From positions 1 through 60,403 of the forward strand of contig JBAXLB010000004.1 of NCBI GenBank assembly GCA_037135035.1: DNA of 60,403 nt. Reading direction: 5' to 3'. Positions 45,386 through 53,131 of this stretch are shown in pieces. Positions within the stretch are counted from its first letter, which is position 1. Every line of letters begins with the position of its first letter. The notes beneath the pieces are model-generated. The model worked only from the letters and a program-made list of their open reading frames with translations. It made no database searches and was not told the DNA's origin. Source of the stretch: Candidatus Adlerbacteria bacterium (GTDB taxonomy: Bacteria; Patescibacteriota; Minisyncoccia; Phycocordibacterales; SBAW01). The translations under genes and the position numbers were made by a program.

Positions 45386-45631
45386 TCATGGCACCGTGCA
45401 GACCCACTCGCAGTCCGACTGACGCACGCCGTCCGAGTTGTGCTTGTCAGGCTTGCACTTCTGCTTCCAGGTAAACTTGAGGAACCTGGAATCGGTTCCT
45501 GTCGGATCGCCGGGGTTGATGCAGGCGCCTGTTATTGGGGTTGTCTGCGGCGCCGGGGCCGGTGGGTTTTGGGCGTAGGCGCCCAGCGGGAAAAGAATCC
45601 CCGCTACGACCAGAATTAAAATGTACTTCAT
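45386..45631 (-). CDS. small secreted Cys-containing protein (GC-rich island)
   Basis: Signal peptide MKYILILVVAGILFPLGAYAQ. The mature part of about 60 aa has 4 Cys. Confidence 0.55.
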   Translation of the reverse strand: MKYILILVVAGILFPLGAYAQNPPAPAPQTTPITGACINPGDPTGTDSRFLKFTWKQKCKPDKHNSDGVRQSDCEWVCTVP

Positions 45632-45673
45632 CTCATCTCATTCCTTTCCTATTGTTGGAATTTTGACGAAGTC

Positions 45674-45702
45674 AATATAACACTTTTAAAAAAACTTGTC
45701 AA
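45674..45702 (-). promoter_or_regulatory. consensus sigma70 promoter for 45386..45631
   Basis: Minus strand TTGACA-17 nt-TATATT. Confidence 0.65.
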
Positions 45703-45711
45703 GCTTATGTT

Positions 45712-45732
45712 TTGTGCCGGGGAGAGGACTTG
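45712..45732 (-). repeat. 21-nt direct copy of the tRNA-Leu(UAG) 3' end
   Basis: TTGTGCCGGGGAGAGGACTTG at 45712-45732 is identical to 45843-45863, which is the tRNA 3' acceptor and T-stem plus 3 trailing nt. Confidence 0.85.
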
Positions 45733-45845
45733 GTCACGAATAAAACGCTGGCCGTCGCCAACGTTTTTTCTCGACCCCGACTCGCGGTTCTGCTAGCTTG
45801 CAGAACATCGCTCCGTCTTTCAAGTCCTGCAAAAGCTGCGCTTTG

Positions 45846-45927
45846 TGCCGGGGAGAGGACTTGAACCTCCATGGGTTGCCCCGTCTGCTCCTAAGGCAGG
45901 TGCGTATACCAATTCCGCCACCCCGGC
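45846..45927 (-). tRNA. tRNA-Leu (TAG)
   Basis: Minus strand GCCGGGGTGGCGGAATTGGTATACGC; anticodon loop CTTAGGA; long variable arm; T arm GGAGG-TTCAAGT-CCTCT; acceptor CCCCGGC-A. Confidence 0.85.
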
Positions 45928-45947
45928 ATATATTATGTAGAACCTTG

Positions 45948-46020
45948 TGCGCCCACCTGGATTCGAACCAGGGACCATCTCCTTAAGAGGGAGTTGCTCT
46001 ACCAACTGAGCTATAGGCGC
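45948..46020 (-). tRNA. tRNA-Lys (CTT)
   Basis: Minus strand GCGCCTATAGCTCAGTTGGTAGAGC; anticodon loop CTCTTAA; T arm CCTGG-TTCGAAT-CCAGG. Confidence 0.85.
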
Positions 46021-46069
46021 GAACGCAGATATAGGCCGCGTAGAGAAAACAATACCATTACTTTATCTA

Positions 46070-46930
46070 TTAAAAAAGCCTTCCGCGTACAAAACGCCAT
46101 AGTGCTGGCGGGTAGGAAATATACTGCAAACCAAATTTTGCTTTAAAGGTCGAAAATCCTTTCCAGTCTTCTGGGTCGCCTTTTTGCCAAAAACGCCCAA
46201 AATGCAAAAAACGTATTCCTGTTGCTAAACTTGTCTCGTGCCATGTGTCCATCAACCCAACCATTGCGGGCACATGTTCGTACTTTTGTGAAATAAATCC
46301 ACACAAGTAATGTGACCCCTTATGTGTGGGGGAGTTAACTACAGCCATTGCCGCAGCGATTATTTTTGTATGTATTTCTCGTGCTGCAAAAAACTGCATA
46401 GGTGCCCCGCCTGCAAGCTTCCGTGCCACAGTGTCTGTGTAGAGTTTCCGGATAAGTGGTTTGATGTCACTCGCGGTGTAGTTTGTTTTAAATTCTTCGG
46501 CAGAAATTTTTTCAACAGTAAATTTTCTATCTAAAAAATTTTCTCGCCATTTTTTACGGTACCTGCGTGCCGACTCTGACCAGGTAGTAAAGTAGTCGGC
46601 GCGGTCAAGCAGTACGAAGCCTTCAAGCTGCGGAGGTTTTTGGGAGAATACACGCCATCCGCCTGGGGTGTCTGTACGAAAGAGACGTTGCCAAATGAGC
46701 GCACGGTTGAGTGAAATGCCTTCCGGGTCTGAGTCTGCCAACACGGGTTCTTTGTCGGATATGTACTCTTCGACGACAAGGGGCCAAAAGCGCCGATACA
46801 TCCCCACAGGGTCTATACCAACTTTACGTGGTGCTAAAAACGTTGGTACGTCGCTTACAAGACTATATTCTGGCCATTGGTGGTAGGGGACAAAGCCCTC
46901 GGGTGCTTCGGTTACTATTGTGCCGTACAT
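46070..46930 (-). CDS. FemAB-like / GNAT-fold acyltransferase family protein
   Basis: ORF 46070..46969. ATG 46930 avoids overlap with tRNA-Leu. The C-terminal part (SHYLCGF.......PAMVGLMDTWHE.S...GIRFLHFG......DP..WKGFSTFKAKFG) resembles the FemAB/aminoacyl-tRNA transferase family core (Y..G........a...L.w..i..a...G...ydfGG..........G...FK..FG). Confidence 0.45.
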   Translation of the reverse strand: MYGTIVTEAPEGFVPYHQWPEYSLVSDVPTFLAPRKVGIDPVGMYRRFWPLVVEEYISDKEPVLADSDPEGISLNRALIWQRLFRTDTPGGWRVFSQKPPQLEGFVLLDRADYFTTWSESARRYRKKWRENFLDRKFTVEKISAEEFKTNYTASDIKPLIRKLYTDTVARKLAGGAPMQFFAAREIHTKIIAAAMAVVNSPTHKGSHYLCGFISQKYEHVPAMVGLMDTWHETSLATGIRFLHFGRFWQKGDPEDWKGFSTFKAKFGLQYISYPPALWRFVRGRLF

Positions 46931-46933
46931 ATG

Positions 46934-47022
46934 TGGTGCCGGGAGTGGGACTCGAACCCACATGAGCATTTATAGCTCACGACATTTTAAGTGTCGCGCG
47001 TATACCATTCCGCCATCCCGGC
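46934..47022 (-). tRNA. tRNA-Leu (TAA), CCA encoded
   Basis: Minus strand GCCGGGATGGCGGAATGGTATACGC; anticodon stem CGACA/TGTCG with loop CTTAAAA; long variable arm; T arm GTGGG-TTCGAGT-CCCAC; TCCCGGC-A-CCA. Confidence 0.9.
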
Positions 47023-47494
47023 GCTTTATATTTCTACCACGATGAGTGGGTTGAAGGCTATGGCAGTTTGGACAAAGAATTTGTAGGTTCTTTAGTCGAT
47101 TGTCATTTCGGTCTCCATTTATATGGTCAAGTTCTACAGGCACTCTTCCGTCAGAAGATTTTCCTGCCCACCCACATAATTCACATGCCGCATTTTTTAA
47201 ACCTTCACTAAACAGCCGCTTCTTCAATTTAAAACTTTGAACGAATGTGTTTTTACGTAAAAGTGCCTGAAGTGACTTTGCCGGTACTGTTGGTATGGTA
47301 GAGCCAAGTCTCCACCCTTTCCCATTGAAGTGAGAAATATCTAGATTGCGTTCCTGAATATGTTTCTTTATTTGTTCGTAGTTTCCTCCTGCTGGTATTA
47401 ATCCTAGAGCATGGATGACTTTGCGTAAGCTTGAGGAAGTTTCTACTGCTTTTCGCAATTCTTGATCATTCCATTTTCGTCTGCGAGCACTCAT
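46970..47494 (-). CDS. HNH endonuclease
   Basis: CELCGW......VPVELDHINGDRNDNRLKNLQILCPNCH is an HNH motif with flanking CxxC pairs. It is AT-rich. The last 17 codons overlap the 5' half of tRNA-Leu(TAA). Confidence 0.75.
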   Translation of the reverse strand: MSARRRKWNDQELRKAVETSSSLRKVIHALGLIPAGGNYEQIKKHIQERNLDISHFNGKGWRLGSTIPTVPAKSLQALLRKNTFVQSFKLKKRLFSEGLKNAACELCGWAGKSSDGRVPVELDHINGDRNDNRLKNLQILCPNCHSLQPTHRGRNIKRRDGGMVYARHLKCREL

Positions 47495-47534
47495 AGGTTT
47501 ACATAGTATCATTTAAGTTATTCCACGTATACCA

Positions 47535-48326
47535 TTAATATTTTTTCTCGTCGTATGCTATTTCACCCACGCGCTCGCCCTGGCGTGTGGGCGGTGCTGT
47601 TTTATACCACAAAAGTAATTCGTCGTTTCTAATTTCTTCGGTCTGCGAGTACGTGTCGCGCGTTTTGGTGAAAATTCGCATGGTATGCTCGGGCGGGTTC
47701 CCCGGCAACATACCCAGTTGTTGCATCGCGCGTTCAATATATATGCTGTGCTGTGTGGTATCTTCCGACTCGGCTAACACATAGGTACAACCATATGGTG
47801 CTAGTATTCGTATTCCTGTATGTGCAGGCGTGCATACTGCAACTGGCGCACCTGACACTCGCGCGTAGTGTTTGCCTCGCGCATCAACTGCAGCTATTCC
47901 TGTAGTGCTGCTCCATATGCAAGAGGTAGTAATTTCGCCGAGTGCACCGCTGTGGAGGTCGAGCCACAGTACTGCTGTGCGTGCGTATGTTTGCACAATA
48001 TGCTGCATAAGCCTCTCTGTGGGGGAGCCATGTGCCTGCCCAGGGATACAATATTTTGGGAACTTCCCGTCGAGCGGGTTATGTGACACTCCTGCTTCAA
48101 AACCAGGCATGTTTACGAGGGGCAAAATAATAAGCCTGCCAGAAAAATTGCCGTCACTATATTTTTCTGCCGCGGCGTAGGCGGCTTCAATACCGGCGTA
48201 CTCGTCGCCGTCGAGCCCAGCAGTGACTAAAAGTACGGGGCCCGCTTTGTTGCCTATAATGTCGGCCACAGGCAGTGCACGTATCATACGTTCTACCTTT
48301 TTGCGCGCGCTAAAAAACCAAAACAT
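47535..48326 (-). CDS. succinylglutamate desuccinylase/aspartoacylase (AstE/AspA, M14-like) family protein
   Basis: LLVTAGLDGDEYAG (family G.HG.E..G with Asp in place of His), LPLVN..GF and LDLHSG. Confidence 0.6.
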   Translation of the reverse strand: MFWFFSARKKVERMIRALPVADIIGNKAGPVLLVTAGLDGDEYAGIEAAYAAAEKYSDGNFSGRLIILPLVNMPGFEAGVSHNPLDGKFPKYCIPGQAHGSPTERLMQHIVQTYARTAVLWLDLHSGALGEITTSCIWSSTTGIAAVDARGKHYARVSGAPVAVCTPAHTGIRILAPYGCTYVLAESEDTTQHSIYIERAMQQLGMLPGNPPEHTMRIFTKTRDTYSQTEEIRNDELLLWYKTAPPTRQGERVGEIAYDEKKY

Positions 48327-48370
48327 GAGCGTACTTTAGCATGGTGGTGCGCGTGCTAAAATGCCACTGC

Positions 48371-49831
48371 ATGGAAAGAAGTGCGCAGACAGAATTGGCT
48401 GAAGACAAGGCGCGTCTAGTAGCGTTGTATGCGTCGGCACTTGCACGTTTAGGTGTGTTGGAAGTGCAGTTGGAGAAGTTTCGCGAGCAATACACACCGC
48501 TCGCATATGGTGCACTTCTAAACCAGACAAAGAATTTTATACTTCATTTTTCTCGCGCACAGGATGAACTGCGCGGAAGCGACTTTTCGATACAACAAAA
48601 AAAAGAATATGGTGACCTGCTACGCGTGCTTGATGCACAGGTGGGGGCGTGCCTTTCTGCCCCTAACTGGCAGTCACCGTCATTTTGGCATACGCACCTG
48701 CCGCAGGCGGGAACTGATGCAGGGTTTGTATCTGCTTCGTCGGGCGACTACAAACGCGACATGCATCGGCAAGAAAAAGAGTATGTGCAGAAATTTGTTA
48801 AAGAATATGTCGACCACCCACTGCGCTTGGCACCGTTCGCCTACGCTACAAGTAGTGGTATGAGCGCTGTTACTACAGTGCTGACACATCTGCAAACTAA
48901 AGTTGGAAATAGCGACATCGTGTTGGCGGGTAAGTCGAGCTATTTTCAAAATAAATGGTTGCTACAAAAACTGTTTGGTACACGTGTGCGCTATGTCGAC
49001 GAGTTTGATACAGACCGAATTATACGGCTTGCGAAGGAACTGCGGCCGCCTCTCGTGTTCCTGGACTCTTTGTGCGGCGCTGAGTCGCTGCCAGTGCCAA
49101 ATTTGCCTGTGCTGATCCCCGCACTTTCAAAAATACTTTCTAACACCTCAACCTTTGTGCTCGACAACACAGGCCTCGGGCCCATGTACCAGCCGCTACG
49201 CGACTTGCCCTGGAGCCCGTTTGGGATGCATGTGGTTGTCGTAGAAAGTTTGCTCAAGTTCCACCAATTTGGCCTAGACCGAGTGTCGGGTGGCATTATA
49301 TGGACACCAAGCTTAGTTGAAAATGGTTTGTTTGAAGCCCGTATGCATATGGGTACTATCATTCCTGATGCGTCCGTGTCTGCACTGCCCGAACCCAACC
49401 GCGCATTGCAGGACGCGCGCTTGATCCGCATTGGCCACAATGCACACCTGCTTGCAACACTGCTCGACTCGTTTGTGCGCGAACATGTAACCGTGGTTGA
49501 AAAAGTTGTGCACCCGGGCTTGTCGCACTATGAAGGATACGCGTGGACAAAAGACACAGCATTTCAGGGTCCCTTTGTAACGCTGCGTTTCCGCGATGGT
49601 AAACGAAGTGTTTCTCACTACGATGCGTTTGTTTTGCGTGTGCAAAAAATAGGGAAAGAAAAGAATGTTCATATTATTGGCGGCACGAGCTTTGGGTTTG
49701 ACACAACACGCCTCTATGTGACTGCACGTTATGCAACTGACCTTACGGAGCCGTTTGTACGCATTGCACTCGGTACAGAAACAGTCGACGAACTGCATGC
49801 ACTTGCCGACGTATTTATACAAGCACTATGA
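48371..49831 (+). CDS. PLP-dependent Cys/Met-metabolism-family enzyme with an N-terminal extension of about 150 aa
   Basis: ATSSGMSAVTTVL and SLLKFHQFGLDRVSGGI (the family S.TK...GH.D...G with the PLP lysine). The first ~150 aa have no recognised domain. Confidence 0.55.
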   Translation: MERSAQTELAEDKARLVALYASALARLGVLEVQLEKFREQYTPLAYGALLNQTKNFILHFSRAQDELRGSDFSIQQKKEYGDLLRVLDAQVGACLSAPNWQSPSFWHTHLPQAGTDAGFVSASSGDYKRDMHRQEKEYVQKFVKEYVDHPLRLAPFAYATSSGMSAVTTVLTHLQTKVGNSDIVLAGKSSYFQNKWLLQKLFGTRVRYVDEFDTDRIIRLAKELRPPLVFLDSLCGAESLPVPNLPVLIPALSKILSNTSTFVLDNTGLGPMYQPLRDLPWSPFGMHVVVVESLLKFHQFGLDRVSGGIIWTPSLVENGLFEARMHMGTIIPDASVSALPEPNRALQDARLIRIGHNAHLLATLLDSFVREHVTVVEKVVHPGLSHYEGYAWTKDTAFQGPFVTLRFRDGKRSVSHYDAFVLRVQKIGKEKNVHIIGGTSFGFDTTRLYVTARYATDLTEPFVRIALGTETVDELHALADVFIQAL

Positions 49832-50418
49832 AAATTTTCCCCAAAAGCTGGAGTTTTGAGTCAGAAAAAAACGGAAGGATAGATGTTGTGGAATGGCTCT
49901 GGTCAGCACAGGTATACGGAGGCGGATTTGAACAATCGGGGTCGTATGTAACGGCACTGTGGAAACAGGCCCTTAAAAAAATACATCATCCAAATCTTGT
50001 AAAACGAGTTCTGGTTCTCGGTGTATGTGCAGGCGACAATATACGTTTAGCGCAGCGGCGATTTAAAAATGCCGAAATAATAGCCATCGAGTGGGACAAA
50101 AAAATGATTGACCTCGCTGTGGAGCTTAAGAGATTTAAACCAGTCACTATGCTGTATGGCGATTTGCGCGCAGTGCTTCCAACGCTTGAGGGACAGTTTG
50201 ACCTTATTCTCGGTGATGCGTTCTACAACGATGCTCCTGAGGGTGCTGAAGATGACCCAACGTTTGGAAAAACACTTACTCGACTGCTTGCTCCCGATGG
50301 TACGTACATACTCAATGCCGTTCACCGCTTTGAATCAATAGACTATGTTTCGAAGTACCTAACACTCAAAAAACAATGGCTCTTTCGAGTCAATAAAGTT
50401 ACGTTGTTTACGCACTAA
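49828..50418 (+). CDS. SAM-dependent methyltransferase / spermidine synthase-like protein
   Basis: ATGA overlap with the upstream gene. VLVLGVCAGDN, IIAIEWD and LILGDAF. Confidence 0.6.
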   Translation: MKIFPKSWSFESEKNGRIDVVEWLWSAQVYGGGFEQSGSYVTALWKQALKKIHHPNLVKRVLVLGVCAGDNIRLAQRRFKNAEIIAIEWDKKMIDLAVELKRFKPVTMLYGDLRAVLPTLEGQFDLILGDAFYNDAPEGAEDDPTFGKTLTRLLAPDGTYILNAVHRFESIDYVSKYLTLKKQWLFRVNKVTLFTH

Positions 50419-50420
50419 CT

Positions 50421-50467
50421 CTGGAGGCTGTGGGGATCGGTCACAGAACCTTGCTCCCTGGAGGCCA
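50421..50467 (-). repeat. two degenerate copies of the tRNA-Cys 3' end
   Basis: TCCCTGGAGGCCA at 50455-50467 is identical to 50599-50611 (tRNA 3' end with CCA). A second, more diverged copy CTGGAGGCTGTGGGGATCGGTCA lies at 50421-50443. Confidence 0.7.
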
Positions 50468-50602
50468 TAAGAATCGGTCAGGCGTTCAAAAATTGCCGTC
50501 GCAATTTTTGCCGCACGACCCTGCCTCGCTCCCAGATCTGCTGATCTGGGTCCCGCTCCGGCTTGCGATTCCCGACAGACAGTGCCTGAGCACTGTCTTC
50601 CC

Positions 50603-50677
50603 TGGAGGCCACGGCGGGAATCGCACCCGCGTATTCAGGATTTGCAGTCCCGTGCCTTACTACTTGGCGACGTGGCC
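50603..50677 (-). tRNA. tRNA-Cys (GCA), CCA encoded
   Basis: Minus strand GGCCACGTCGCCAAGT..; anticodon loop CTGCAAA; T arm GCGGG-TGCGATT-CCCGC; GTGGCC-T-CCA. Confidence 0.85.
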
Positions 50678-50707
50678 TAGACACTCACTTTAACGCACTC
50701 CTCTTTT

Positions 50708-51025
50708 TTATGAAAGTTCGTCGAGGCGTTGGCGCGTCTTTTCGCCTTTGTCGATTAGAAATTCAAAGTGGGGAGGGAAGGCGCCGCGGATACGCTTGCG
50801 GAAGAAGTCGGCAAGTTCGCGGCGGTTGCGGTTGGCAAACCCAAGAGCTGCGTTTTCGGCACTTTCGGGCAGTACAGTAATGTAAATATTTGCGCGTTTA
50901 CTGTCGCCCGACAGTACCACTTGGGTAACGGTAATCAGTGATTGTGGGTTTGCTTCCCGTACTAAAAATTCGGCCGCAGTGGTGCGGATAGCTTCCTGGA
51001 TTTTTTCGTTACGGTTGTTCAACAT
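50708..51025 (-). CDS. rbfA: ribosome-binding factor A
   Basis: 105 aa. I.....EF........LITVT.V.LS.D...A.IY..V. It is adjacent to infB, as in many bacteria. Confidence 0.8.
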   Translation of the reverse strand: MLNNRNEKIQEAIRTTAAEFLVREANPQSLITVTQVVLSGDSKRANIYITVLPESAENAALGFANRNRRELADFFRKRIRGAFPPHFEFLIDKGEKTRQRLDELS

Positions 51026-51031
51026 ACAAAA

Positions 51032-52585
51032 TTATTTATTCACGACTTCAAACGCGTGGAGCGTGTCGCCTGCGGCAGGTTCGATGTCGGTTTTTACCAT
51101 AGCGCCAAACTCGTTACCAGCTTCAACTTTTTTTACCGCGTTTTTTTGTGTTTGCAAACTAACTATTGTTCCGCGGCCCAGTTCGACATCGCGGCGCATA
51201 AGTTTAACCTCTTCGCCTTCGGACAATGCACCGTCTTCCACTTTGCCACCAAGCACAACTTTGCCCTTTGTTGTGCTAAAGACTTTAAGCACTTTTGCAG
51301 AACCTGTCTGTTCTTCCATGTTGGCGCGCGGGCGGTGCTTGTCCATCTGCTGTTCGAGCCAGGTGGTGAGTTCGTAGATTATAGAAAAGACGCCGATTTC
51401 AACCCCGAGGCGTTCAGCTAGCTGGGCTGCTTCGCGCTCTACTTTTACATTAAAGCCGGCAATAATACCCGGGTGTTTGCCGCTGCCTACAAGGCGCACG
51501 TCGCTTTCAGACACGGGGCCTGCCGCACGCGCAACAACGCGCACGTCGAGGCGCTCATGCACGGGCAGTTTTTCGAGCTCGTGCACAACCGCGTCGCCTG
51601 TGCCGGCAAAGTCGGTTTTGATAACAAGCGGGAGCGTTAAAAAAATGCCGTCTTCAGGAATTTCGTTCGCCGCATTTCCACCGCTCGGGCGCTCCGGGCC
51701 GCTAGGCCGAGTCTTACCCTCGCTTCTGGAAATGCGGCTCCACTCGGCAACGTCTATTTCTGCTTCTTTTTTGGACTCGACTGTTTTCCATATGGCGCCA
51801 ATAGTGGGCATTTTTGAAAAACCGACAATGCGGACAGGGCTGCCGGGGCCCGCTTCCGTTACAGGCTTCCCTAAAAAATTTTCCATAATACGCACGGGTG
51901 CAAAACTTTCGCCCGAGACAATATATTCGCCGCTTTCGACCGAGCCGTTTTGTACGATAAGCGTTGCGGTGTTGCCGCGTTTTTGGTCGAGATGCGCTTC
52001 AATGACCAAACCGCTCCCGGGGAGCGACGGGTCTGCGGAAAGGCCTTCGAGTTCGCCTGCGAGCAAAATAAGGTCGAGTAGTTCGGGAATGCCTTCGCCC
52101 GTTTTGCTTGAAATAGGCATATAGGGGACTTCGCCGCCGAGCCCTTCCAAGTAGATGCCGTTTTCAAGCAGCGACATTTTTGCTTTTTCGACATCGGCGC
52201 CAGGTTTATCTATTTTGGTGAGCGCAACAATATAGGGGATTTTTATTTCGTCTATCAATTTCATTGCCTCAAGTGTCTGGGGTTTTGCGCCGTCGTCGGC
52301 TGCGACAACAAGCACGGCAACATCGGCAACTTCCAAACCTCGTGAGCGCATCGCACGAAAAGCTTCGTGTCCGGGTGTGTCGAGAAACGTAATTTTGTGG
52401 GTGCCTGTTGCGTTGGTATGTTCGGCAACGTATGCAGAAAGATGCTGGGTAATACCACCCGCTTCACCTTCGGTCGTGTTGCTTTTGCGGATATAGTCGA
52501 GCAGCGTCGACTTGCCGTGGTCAATATGGCCAACGATAGCAACTATAGGCGGGCGTTCCCGCGTTAGAGAGGATTCTTGTTTCAT
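51032..52585 (-). CDS. infB: translation initiation factor IF-2 (short, no N-terminal domain)
   Basis: [28 protein letters not shown] and TKIDK. 517 aa. Confidence 0.95.
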   Translation of the reverse strand: MKQESSLTRERPPIVAIVGHIDHGKSTLLDYIRKSNTTEGEAGGITQHLSAYVAEHTNATGTHKITFLDTPGHEAFRAMRSRGLEVADVAVLVVAADDGAKPQTLEAMKLIDEIKIPYIVALTKIDKPGADVEKAKMSLLENGIYLEGLGGEVPYMPISSKTGEGIPELLDLILLAGELEGLSADPSLPGSGLVIEAHLDQKRGNTATLIVQNGSVESGEYIVSGESFAPVRIMENFLGKPVTEAGPGSPVRIVGFSKMPTIGAIWKTVESKKEAEIDVAEWSRISRSEGKTRPSGPERPSGGNAANEIPEDGIFLTLPLVIKTDFAGTGDAVVHELEKLPVHERLDVRVVARAAGPVSESDVRLVGSGKHPGIIAGFNVKVEREAAQLAERLGVEIGVFSIIYELTTWLEQQMDKHRPRANMEEQTGSAKVLKVFSTTKGKVVLGGKVEDGALSEGEEVKLMRRDVELGRGTIVSLQTQKNAVKKVEAGNEFGAMVKTDIEPAAGDTLHAFEVVNK

Positions 52586-52594
52586 ATAAAATCG

Positions 52595-53131
52595 TTATGC
52601 GTTCGTACGCGTCCGGTGTTCGGCAATATGGTGCTTTGCTTTTTGTATTGCACCGCGCTCTTCGTCGGTGAGTTCAAATGTGGACATGCCTTTGTCCAGC
52701 GGCTTCGCATACACCCCTACATGGTCGCGCGCGTAGTGAGTTGATAATACCACGCCGGAATGCAGTTCGTCAAGAAACGCGACAGAAAAACTTTGGTTGC
52801 CGCCGGCACTTTTTCCTGCAAATGGATTAAACCGGACCATACCCACACCTTGTATGCTGCCGCGCAAGCGCACTTCGGCAAGTTTTAAATATTTTTCCAA
52901 CTCGACACGGAACTGCTGCAGCTCTTTAGTGTCGCGTGTGAGTATGGAAATTGTTTCTTCAATTGAGCCGTTTCGACCAAGTGCGAGGCGTGTAAGGCGG
53001 CGGCGCAAAGAAACAAGCATGCAGAGTGCAATGACCGAAAACAGTAATGCCCCGACGGCCGCGTATGGTGCGGCGAGGGTGAGGTACCAGGGAATAGTAG
53101 AAAATACCGGATGCAGGGATGCGAACGACAT
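52595..53131 (-). CDS. DUF4446 family protein
   Basis: N-terminal TM helix, a coiled coil, and VRFNPF....GNQSFS.A.LD....GVV....Y.R. Confidence 0.6.
   Translation of the reverse strand: MSFASLHPVFSTIPWYLTLAAPYAAVGALLFSVIALCMLVSLRRRLTRLALGRNGSIEETISILTRDTKELQQFRVELEKYLKLAEVRLRGSIQGVGMVRFNPFAGKSAGGNQSFSVAFLDELHSGVVLSTHYARDHVGVYAKPLDKGMSTFELTDEERGAIQKAKHHIAEHRTRTNA

Noticed and set aside
45798-46005. Two ~60-aa ORFs on opposite strands
   Set aside because: Both are translations of the tRNA-Leu(UAG) and tRNA-Lys genes.
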